Shown here in pieces: positions 28,578-36,363 of a stretch of 64,000 bases of DNA. The notes under the pieces were generated by a model, which saw nothing but the letters and a program-made list of their open reading frames with translations, did not search any database and was not told the DNA's origin. The DNA is taken from the IMG/VR virus record IMGVR_UViG_3300006919_000042, positions 24,236 to 88,235 of that record; one strand, given 5' to 3'. The position numbers and the translations under genes are program-made. Numbering within the stretch: position 1 is the stretch's first letter; the number at the start of each line of letters is the position of its first letter. The DNA is from a virus.

Positions 28578-29132
28578 ATGAAAACTCAATTAACACCTCA
28601 AGAAAGAAAAGCAGCCAAAGCTGCAAAAGAACGTCAACATCAGTTAGATAAAGCGTTCAAATTCCTTAGCAAACAGACCACTTTAATGAGAGAGCGTTAT
28701 TATAACGCTGCTATCTCATTTGGTACACGTCAGATCGAGAATGCAATTACTGATATGGAACAGCAGATCGCAGAGCATGGTATGACAGATAATAGAAAAC
28801 ATTGGTTGAAACTACGTATGGATAGAAGAAACTACATTACTACTTCAAGTTGTGGTTGGTTGAAAGACGCAGAGGAAGTGTTCGACTCACGTTTAATTAA
28901 GATGTCAACAAGATTAGAAGAATTCGGATTCTTGAACAGTAGATTATATATGAAAGTAGCTAACGTTAATAGTGAAGACTCAAGAGAATTCAGTTTCGAG
29001 ATTGATATCACTAAGTACGAACATGGTAAGACAGAACCAACTAAGGTAGGTACAGCTCACGCTCGTTTAATTTGGGTTGAGTGTACTGAGAAGACTTCAC
29101 ATTGGAGATTCATCTGCACAAAAAGAAAATAA
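28578..29132 (+). CDS. Hypothetical protein
   Basis: Leader motif upstream; C-terminal HARLIW...HWRFICT. Confidence 0.7.
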   Translation: MKTQLTPQERKAAKAAKERQHQLDKAFKFLSKQTTLMRERYYNAAISFGTRQIENAITDMEQQIAEHGMTDNRKHWLKLRMDRRNYITTSSCGWLKDAEEVFDSRLIKMSTRLEEFGFLNSRLYMKVANVNSEDSREFSFEIDITKYEHGKTEPTKVGTAHARLIWVECTEKTSHWRFICTKRK

Positions 29133-29188
29133 TATTTATTATTAATCGAGTGCATCCTATAAGATGCACTCACAATACATCGGAAATT

Positions 29189-29551
29189 ATGAACAAAAAG
29201 ATGATTTTAGTAAGATTCGCATTCGGTCCAAGTATCGAGGTGAATAAAGTGTTGGTAGAGCACATGACACAGAGAGGAAGTATGACAGTACTTCCAGGAG
29301 TTGTAGTAACTGTTTTTGACACAGATAGTACAATTGCTCAGATTGATACAGATCTACGTGCAATCGACGTATTTTACACTTTAAGTGAAATGAATGATGA
29401 AACATTCAAAGGTAACGTTCCAGGATTGGATGAAGGACCAGATCAAATCGGTGCACCTGAGATGTCACTTGAAGATCAACTTGCAGCTGCAGTTGCAGAA
29501 CAAGATTATGAGAAGGCTGCATTACTACAAAAGCAGATATCTGCGCAGTAA
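29189..29551 (+). CDS. Protein with C-terminal UVR (UvrB/UvrC) coiled-coil motif
   Basis: LEDQLAAAVAEQDYEKAALLQKQI; start moved to 29189 after ATCGGAAATT. Confidence 0.75.
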   Translation: MNKKMILVRFAFGPSIEVNKVLVEHMTQRGSMTVLPGVVVTVFDTDSTIAQIDTDLRAIDVFYTLSEMNDETFKGNVPGLDEGPDQIGAPEMSLEDQLAAAVAEQDYEKAALLQKQISAQ

Positions 29552-29567
29552 TCAGTAAGTTAAGTAT

Positions 29568-29596
29568 AAAAGGCTCCACATTGGGGCCTTTTTTTT
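29568..29596 (+). terminator. Intrinsic terminator
   Basis: AAAAGGCTCCA-CAT-TGGGGCCTTTTTTTT. Confidence 0.85.
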
Positions 29597-29627
29597 GTTG
29601 CAAGAAAGATATATAAAGTGTATCTTT
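29597..29627 (+). promoter_or_regulatory. Repeated promoter/operator, copy 11
   Basis: GTTGC-N3-AAAGATA-N9-TATCTTT. Confidence 0.8.
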
Positions 29628-29657
29628 ATGTATTATTAACAGTTAAAATCGGAAATC

Positions 29658-30800
29658 ATGAGAAAATCAGTTAAATTTTTATACAATCACAAGCAAGTTT
29701 GCGTTGAGAACATCGCAGATAGTAGTTTTAGTAAATCACCATTGAAGCCTATGCTTTATATGAAGGATGTTGTAGCACGTTTAGGTAAGTCAGGACTAAT
29801 TGACATTATATCGAACTTCAAGCCATTCAGAACACGTGACTTTAAGAACGCACACACAGATGAGTATGTCAACGATTTCTTCACAGGAGGTCCTAAAAGA
29901 GAGTCGAACAGTATTCCTTGGAGCAAGAAACTTGCCAATTCAGTTAAGTGGACAAACAGTAGTCTTTACAATGCAGTTGAACAATCATATTTAGATCCAA
30001 ACAATCTTTATGTTAGTCCTACAAGTGGCTTTCATCATGCTGGACCAAACGGAGGTATGGGATTCTGTACATTTAGTGGTCAGGTGATTGCTAGTTTGAA
30101 GATGTACCGTAAATATGGTGTTAAAGGTGCTTATTTAGATTTAGATGGTCACTATGGTAACAGTATCGGTGATTCAAGAGAATTTGTTCAAAACAAATAT
30201 GGTTGGAACCTAGATGATATCATTCAAATGAACATCAACCCAAGAGGAACGGGATCTCAATATATTGATGATTTCGTGATGAGCTTAGGTACATTAGCTA
30301 ATAAGATCCGTCAAGGTGACGTTGATTATATCGTATGGTGTCATGGTGCTGATTCTCACAAGGATGATGACTTAGGTAGCCAATTAACTACCAATGAGTG
30401 GAAGAGCGTTAGTTCAATATTCTATACTTGGTTAAACAAATTAGAGCTTGAACTTGGACGTAAGATTCCTTTGACATTATCGTTATTTGGTGGGTACAGA
30501 AGAGATGATTATCAAAGTGTTATCAACTTACATCTTAGTGATTTGATGATAGGTATATCAGTATTGCTTGGGAAGTTCATGCCAATCGATGATTTAGAGA
30601 TTAAAGATAAAGTCAGAGTAGTTGACACTACCATCTACATAGATGAAGGTGACTTAGCTGATATGATTGATATCACAGGATTGAGTAGAAGCGTTTGTAA
30701 ATCAGCTCTAGTGAATGCTAAAGGTGATTTCGAAGATGCATTCAAAGCTCTTGATGAAAACAAAGTTGAAGGCAAGCAAACAAAATTGGTGTTATTTTAG
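29658..30800 (+). CDS. Zn-dependent histone-deacetylase-family (HDAC/AcuC-like) protein with C-terminal UBA-like domain
   Basis: AHTDEYV, SGFHHA, GFCTFS, YLDLDGHYGN, GADSHKDDDLG and GGY motifs. Confidence 0.9.
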   Translation: MRKSVKFLYNHKQVCVENIADSSFSKSPLKPMLYMKDVVARLGKSGLIDIISNFKPFRTRDFKNAHTDEYVNDFFTGGPKRESNSIPWSKKLANSVKWTNSSLYNAVEQSYLDPNNLYVSPTSGFHHAGPNGGMGFCTFSGQVIASLKMYRKYGVKGAYLDLDGHYGNSIGDSREFVQNKYGWNLDDIIQMNINPRGTGSQYIDDFVMSLGTLANKIRQGDVDYIVWCHGADSHKDDDLGSQLTTNEWKSVSSIFYTWLNKLELELGRKIPLTLSLFGGYRRDDYQSVINLHLSDLMIGISVLLGKFMPIDDLEIKDKVRVVDTTIYIDEGDLADMIDITGLSRSVCKSALVNAKGDFEDAFKALDENKVEGKQTKLVLF

Positions 30801-30824
30801 TAAATTGCCGAAAATTAATTCGGC

Positions 30825-32555
30825 ATGAATATTGACAACATACAAAAAGGAGATTACATTTTCATTGATGGTCCGCTAGATAGTAAAGCTGTAGTAAACA
30901 GACTTGCCAATTTAGGGGACCTTCCGACGTTCATTGAGAGCGTCGATGTAATAAAGGCATTTGGAGATATGAATCAAGATGTCACAGATCTTGTATCAAA
31001 GGCTAGAAACATCGGAAATCTAGTTGCAGTTAAGCGTATGATGGTTAGTAAGAATGGCCGAGCATACATGAAGACTGTTTATGTCAAGAAAGAAGAGATT
31101 GAAGAAAGTCCGAAAACCAAACGATTCTTAGAGCAACATGAAGCTGAAATGGGATTGAGTGCTGGAGATAAGGTTACAGCTAAGTTCGTTGGATACAGCA
31201 CTGGAACTAAATATGAATTTGAGCACTTCAAAGTAAAAACAATCACTGCAGATAAAGTGACGTTAGAATTCACTAAGCCATTTACAGCAAACAGAAACTA
31301 CACATATTCAGTAGGAGCAGAAATAGTAGTACCAAGATCGAGTTCTCCTGATTGGAACCCAGACACATCATTCGCTAAACCTAAAGTGGTGGCACCAACA
31401 CCAGTTGTAGCTGATATGAAGGTAGTTGAGTCGATTGATGATATATCAGTAGGTGACGAAGTATTAGTTAAACAAAGAGGTGATGCACCAGATGTACCAG
31501 GAGAGATCCGCTACATACATCCTGCAGGTAATTTTATCGACATCAAAGTAGGCACCAAAGTATTGCGTAGAAAACTAGGTAGATTTTCAATTGGTAATAT
31601 ACCAACAGCACAGCCATTAACCATTGCTGGAATAAGTGATTTAACACAACATGGAATTGTTGTTAGTTTACCAGGTGTGCGAACCATTCCACGTATTGAT
31701 AGAAATCGCGTTATAGGAACAGAAGATTATCAAGCAACAATTCGCGTTGACAGATTCGGCAATCCAAATGATAGAGGGAGAAGTAGAGCAACGGTTACTA
31801 GACAACGAAACACATACTATTCAAGAACAGATGCTGAGATGGCAGCACTACAAGGTTCACAGACCTCTGATGCACTTGATAAATTCAATGAAGCATTTCC
31901 AGGAATCAACCTAGAGCAATATGCAAACGAAACCAAAGCCGCTTTTAGAGCAGCTTATCCTGGTATCAGTGATAGTTCAATTGGTGAGATTAAGATTGAT
32001 ATCAACAGAGACGGTGGGTTTGGATTAGCTATTGATAATAGCAAAATAAGAATGACGCGTAAGTTTAATGCTACAGCTAAGTCAGTATATCATTCATACT
32101 TCGTAGTTAAAGGTGGCACATCTGCACAAGGAAATGGAGTAGGTAAAGGTTTATTTAGAGCACTTTATAAACAATATAAGAATATGGGAATCAAGAAAAT
32201 CTCAGTTAGTGCTAATATTAATGTTGGTGGTTATGCTTGGGGAAGATATGGTTTCACAGCAGGAAATGCACAAGCAGAAAGGTATGTTCGATCATTTGAA
32301 CAAAATGTTGGTCGTGAGAAAGCTGGATACACAATCACTCGAGAAGATGCTCAGACAGCAAGACGTGTTTATGAGGATTGGACCAATGCAAATGGATCTG
32401 ATGCTAGATTTCCAATGAACTTACTGTGTTGTATAGGAACGAATAATAAAGCAGGGAAAGGAATACTACTTAACACAAGTTGGAGTGGTGAATTAAACCT
32501 AACTAACACCAGACAGAGAACACACTTTGAGAATTACATAGGATTTAGTGGCTAG
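30825..32555 (+). CDS. Multidomain putative virion-internal protein with C-terminal GNAT acetyltransferase-like domain
   Basis: N-terminal IQKG/VIKA/VSKA sites, two SH3/KOW-like barrels, QGNGVGKGL (motif A), ISVSANINVGGYAWGRYGF. Confidence 0.72.
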   Translation: MNIDNIQKGDYIFIDGPLDSKAVVNRLANLGDLPTFIESVDVIKAFGDMNQDVTDLVSKARNIGNLVAVKRMMVSKNGRAYMKTVYVKKEEIEESPKTKRFLEQHEAEMGLSAGDKVTAKFVGYSTGTKYEFEHFKVKTITADKVTLEFTKPFTANRNYTYSVGAEIVVPRSSSPDWNPDTSFAKPKVVAPTPVVADMKVVESIDDISVGDEVLVKQRGDAPDVPGEIRYIHPAGNFIDIKVGTKVLRRKLGRFSIGNIPTAQPLTIAGISDLTQHGIVVSLPGVRTIPRIDRNRVIGTEDYQATIRVDRFGNPNDRGRSRATVTRQRNTYYSRTDAEMAALQGSQTSDALDKFNEAFPGINLEQYANETKAAFRAAYPGISDSSIGEIKIDINRDGGFGLAIDNSKIRMTRKFNATAKSVYHSYFVVKGGTSAQGNGVGKGLFRALYKQYKNMGIKKISVSANINVGGYAWGRYGFTAGNAQAERYVRSFEQNVGREKAGYTITREDAQTARRVYEDWTNANGSDARFPMNLLCCIGTNNKAGKGILLNTSWSGELNLTNTRQRTHFENYIGFSG

Positions 32556-32578
32556 AAAGATATAAAAGATGTATCTTT
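32548..32578 (+). promoter_or_regulatory. Repeated promoter/operator, copy 12
   Basis: GTGGC-N3-AAAGATA-N9-TATCTTT. Confidence 0.75.
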
Positions 32579-32602
32579 ATTGATTATAAATACAATACAA
32601 TT

Positions 32603-32809
32603 ATGAATAACAATGAAGTTTCAGTTGAACTCGCTGGCGACAATGGGTTTACGATAGAGACACAAGCAGCAGAAAGCTACGCTGACTATGAGGCGTACTT
32701 AGAATTGAAGAAATTGCAGTTTTCCGATGAAGATGCAGCAGCCCATATGGGTATGACTGTAAAGAAATTAAACATCATTATAGAAGCATACGATCCAGGA
32801 ACAGAATAA
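32603..32809 (+). CDS. Small acidic protein with HTH-like segment
   Basis: FSDEDAAAHMGMTVKKL. Confidence 0.6.
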   Translation: MNNNEVSVELAGDNGFTIETQAAESYADYEAYLELKKLQFSDEDAAAHMGMTVKKLNIIIEAYDPGTE

Positions 32810-32844
32810 TTACTATCTTTGAGACAAAATTAAAATAGAAACAG

Positions 32845-33309
32845 ATGACAGACCAACAATTATTTTATCAGTTGATTCAATCAATATCTTCCGAGACTAG
32901 CGTTTCAGTCAACACAACAGAAGCAGAGCAGCTTTCAGTAGTAGCTCAATTTTTATCGAAGTTAAAACCACAAAAGACAATTGCAATGAACATAAGTCAA
33001 AGTGGTGGAGCAGTTGCTCCGGATATGATTATGGTACTCAACGAAACAGAATATCAAGTTACGTGGACCTATGTAGCGGTAGGCTCGTATGCCTTCGTAT
33101 TACCAGGAGACCTAACAAGTAAGGCGTTGTGGATAGTTGGAGGAGGATATGAAAGTTCTCAATCTCAAATCACAGCATCAATAGTCTATTCTTCAAAAAC
33201 CGACGAGACATCCTTTGGGGTATCGACGAGAGAGGGCGCTGGTTGGCCGTTAACGTCAGCAGAAGGTCTGTTAGACCTACTTTCTTGTAAGTTAGAAATC
33301 TACGAGTAG
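32845..33309 (+). CDS. Hypothetical (structural-like) protein
   Basis: Beta-rich, VTWTYVAVGSY; TATCTTTG upstream. Confidence 0.6.
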   Translation: MTDQQLFYQLIQSISSETSVSVNTTEAEQLSVVAQFLSKLKPQKTIAMNISQSGGAVAPDMIMVLNETEYQVTWTYVAVGSYAFVLPGDLTSKALWIVGGGYESSQSQITASIVYSSKTDETSFGVSTREGAGWPLTSAEGLLDLLSCKLEIYE

Positions 33310-33794
33310 TGGATTATAGTGAAAACAGTCGTAGGTATAAAGAGTACTTAAAACAAACATCACACTTAATAGATAACAATAGAGAAACTACGTATTGGGG
33401 CAATATTCCAGTACGTAGTCGCTTTTTAAGACCACTACACTTAGCATATAAGAGTGGAATGCGATTCGTTGATTTAGGATGCGGAGCAGGCAATGTATTG
33501 CGATTTGCACACAATATTGGCTATCAAGTTACAGGAGTGGAGATTGACGGTAAATTTATTGAATATATTGATGATTTTGAGTGGTACATTACCAACATGG
33601 AAGACTTAGAGCCAGCGTTTTATAAAAGGTTTGATGTAATATACAGCTACTTACCAATTAAGGAGGGAAAGCAACAATATTTAGACAAGATAGTCACTCA
33701 CATGAACGTCGGATCATTCATACTTACACCTGACACACACATTAAAGATAAAAGATTGATTAGATTAGAGGAGTATTTTTACAAAAGGATCTAA
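33309..33794 (+). CDS. Class I SAM-dependent methyltransferase
   Basis: FVDLGCGAGN, TGVEID, FDVIYSYLP; GTG start. Confidence 0.88.
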   Translation: MDYSENSRRYKEYLKQTSHLIDNNRETTYWGNIPVRSRFLRPLHLAYKSGMRFVDLGCGAGNVLRFAHNIGYQVTGVEIDGKFIEYIDDFEWYITNMEDLEPAFYKRFDVIYSYLPIKEGKQQYLDKIVTHMNVGSFILTPDTHIKDKRLIRLEEYFYKRI

Positions 33795-33871
33795 TTTACC
33801 ACTGAACTCGTGGGGACTTTTTTTTGGGTCGCAATCCAATAATAAGTACCTTTAGACAAATTATCACACAC

Positions 33872-35167
33872 ATGGACTTAGAACAACAAATCAGGAATCA
33901 AAGAGTAGAACGAGCAAATCAATTACGCAAATCAATGTCATCTGACATATCCAAAGGAGGGGCCTTAGGTCAGGAAGGTGAAGTAAGAACATACGCAAAT
34001 GGGAAAAAGTATAAGAAAACGGGTAATAAGTGGGTTGAAGTGGGCTCTGATAAGAAGTCTAAGAAGCAAGATGAAAAGGGCGGTGAGAAGAATAAAGCGC
34101 AGGCTGGAGAATCTTCTGTAGATCGACACGAGACAGCTCAACTTACGCACATGAAATCATTAGTTGAGAGTGGAGATCATGCAAAAGCATATGAAATCTA
34201 CCAATCACTATCTCCAGAAGCTCAGAACGCTGTGCCTCAAAATATTGTCAATGATATGGTTAAGGATGGTCACTCTGAAAAGACTGATCCAGCTAAAGAG
34301 ATATTTGAAGACAAAAAAGACGTAAAGAAGGAAGAGAAGCCTGCTGAAAAACCTACTGAGAAGAAAGAATCTCTCAAAGTAGGAGATACATTTGATATGT
34401 ATGGAAGAGAAGCTAAAATTCTTTCAATTGATGGAGATAAAGCTACAATTCAATGGGGTAATGGAGATCCTATGACGCAAGATAAAGCAGGTTTAGAAAA
34501 AATGAAGAATGAAGGACCTGAGTTACAAAAAAAGATTGATGCGATAGATGAGAAGAATAAGCAAAAAGAGCAACAGAAAAAAGAAATACAAGCATCTGTA
34601 AAAAATGTAATAAAAGAAGCTCTTGGAGGCGATTTGAGATTAAGTTCAGTTTCAGAAAGAGGAGGAAGATATAGTCAAGGAAGCGTCACTCCAGAACAGA
34701 GAGCTAAGGTATTATCTGCGTTCAAGAATGCAGATAATTCAGTTAAAACAGATGCAAAAGGAACGTATGATGGAGATACTGGATATTTAGATTTTGGATC
34801 TCATACAGTACATTTAATAAATGCACGAAATAAACCAGAGGAGAGAATTGCATTTGAGATAAGGCCTAAGCGAGACGTTCAAATCAAAAAGGCTTGGGAT
34901 ACATTAGGTTTTACTAAAGCAGAAGACCTTAAAGGTGGTCTTGCAGACGGAATGTCATGTGGAGATATAGCTAAGAAGCATGGTGTAACAAAAGAGGCTA
35001 TTGAAGCGCAATTAGCAATGGGGATTAAAGTGGAAATGGAACACACCAACGATAAGAGTAAAGCATCAGAGATTGCACACGATCACTTATTTGAAGATCC
35101 AAAATACTACACCAAACTCGCTAAGATGGAGAGTGTAAAGAAATCATTTAAAATACTAGGACTATAA
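33872..35167 (+). CDS. Putative virion-internal protein with C-terminal DUF5661-like domain
   Basis: LRKS/ISKG sites then GEVRTYANGKKYKKTGNKW; C-terminal QLAMGIKVEMEHT...IAHDHLFEDPKYYTKLAKME. Confidence 0.7.
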   Translation: MDLEQQIRNQRVERANQLRKSMSSDISKGGALGQEGEVRTYANGKKYKKTGNKWVEVGSDKKSKKQDEKGGEKNKAQAGESSVDRHETAQLTHMKSLVESGDHAKAYEIYQSLSPEAQNAVPQNIVNDMVKDGHSEKTDPAKEIFEDKKDVKKEEKPAEKPTEKKESLKVGDTFDMYGREAKILSIDGDKATIQWGNGDPMTQDKAGLEKMKNEGPELQKKIDAIDEKNKQKEQQKKEIQASVKNVIKEALGGDLRLSSVSERGGRYSQGSVTPEQRAKVLSAFKNADNSVKTDAKGTYDGDTGYLDFGSHTVHLINARNKPEERIAFEIRPKRDVQIKKAWDTLGFTKAEDLKGGLADGMSCGDIAKKHGVTKEAIEAQLAMGIKVEMEHTNDKSKASEIAHDHLFEDPKYYTKLAKMESVKKSFKILGL

Positions 35168-36363
35168 TGGACCAAATTAGAAAAGCGATATTACAACAAC
35201 AGCTTGAAAGAGCTGAGAACATAGCTGAAACCTTCGAGAAGGGTCAGGCACTTCCTAATGGTACTATACGTAGAAGACCTAATGGCAACTTCATCAAAAC
35301 ACCTGCAGGGTGGAAGTATCATTCAAGTTTGAGTGCTAATAGTTCAAATGCTGTTGAGAGTGCTAATAATGCACAAGCAGTGAGAAATGCACCAGCACCA
35401 CAACCACAATTGTTGGGGATAGTTGATAATCAAAAAGTTTATAATATGCCATCTAGTCCGGAAAAAGAGTCCGCTGAATATGTTGGATTAGTAGAAAGTC
35501 AGAGAGCATATAAAAGAATAGCAACTAAACCTTCAATGCCTAAAGTAGGCGCTAGTGTTAAAATCAGTCAGCAAGGAGCTAAGCTGATATCACTACAGCC
35601 ATTTGAAGGAAAAACTCTTACAGTAGAAAAGATTGTTGATACCGGACTGATAAGTGAACCTCAACAAGTTAAGGTGACTGATGGTAAGGGAAGTTCGATC
35701 ATTGTTAGTGTAAAAGACCTTCAACCAGTAAAGGAGGCTACTAAAGCTGCATCAAAAGAAAAGATTACTACATTCGCTAATATGAGTGATGAAGGCAAGA
35801 AGGAATTAACAAAAATTGTTACCGATCCAAGTTTAGAGAAATTAAGCTCTTGGAATGGTGACCGAAACAATAAGATAATAGAGATGGTCTCAGCTAAATT
35901 TAAGCTCGATCCATCAAGAGAAGCTAAAGAGCAGGTTGTTGCTTTATATAAAGAAAGAAGTGCTGTAAAGAAACTTGCAATAAGTGCAATTTTAGATAAG
36001 TATCGACCTAATCACGGTAAGCCTATAACTAAACAAGCTGTTAAAGAGGCTATGCAAATCGACCCAAAAACTGCTCAGACGTTGATGAATCATAAGCTCA
36101 GAGCGGCGAATTGGGAATCGAGTGGCAATCCATCAAGTCATCAAACAATCAAAGGAGACAAATTAATAATCAGAATGCCAAGAGGATCTCGTGATTGGGA
36201 TAGACCGAAAGGGAATGATAAGACTCAGATGAAAACAATTATGAGTGACTTAGGATTTAAGTTGTTGAAGGAAGATTTGACTGATCCGTATGAATGGCAA
36301 GATGATAAGGGAGGTTCGGGAACGTCGAGAGATGATCAATTCACATTCAAAATGCCTAAATAA
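35167..36363 (+). CDS. Putative virion-internal protein
   Basis: MDQIRKA...FEKGQALPNGTIRRRPNGNFIKTPAGWKYH. Confidence 0.7.
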   Translation: MDQIRKAILQQQLERAENIAETFEKGQALPNGTIRRRPNGNFIKTPAGWKYHSSLSANSSNAVESANNAQAVRNAPAPQPQLLGIVDNQKVYNMPSSPEKESAEYVGLVESQRAYKRIATKPSMPKVGASVKISQQGAKLISLQPFEGKTLTVEKIVDTGLISEPQQVKVTDGKGSSIIVSVKDLQPVKEATKAASKEKITTFANMSDEGKKELTKIVTDPSLEKLSSWNGDRNNKIIEMVSAKFKLDPSREAKEQVVALYKERSAVKKLAISAILDKYRPNHGKPITKQAVKEAMQIDPKTAQTLMNHKLRAANWESSGNPSSHQTIKGDKLIIRMPRGSRDWDRPKGNDKTQMKTIMSDLGFKLLKEDLTDPYEWQDDKGGSGTSRDDQFTFKMPK

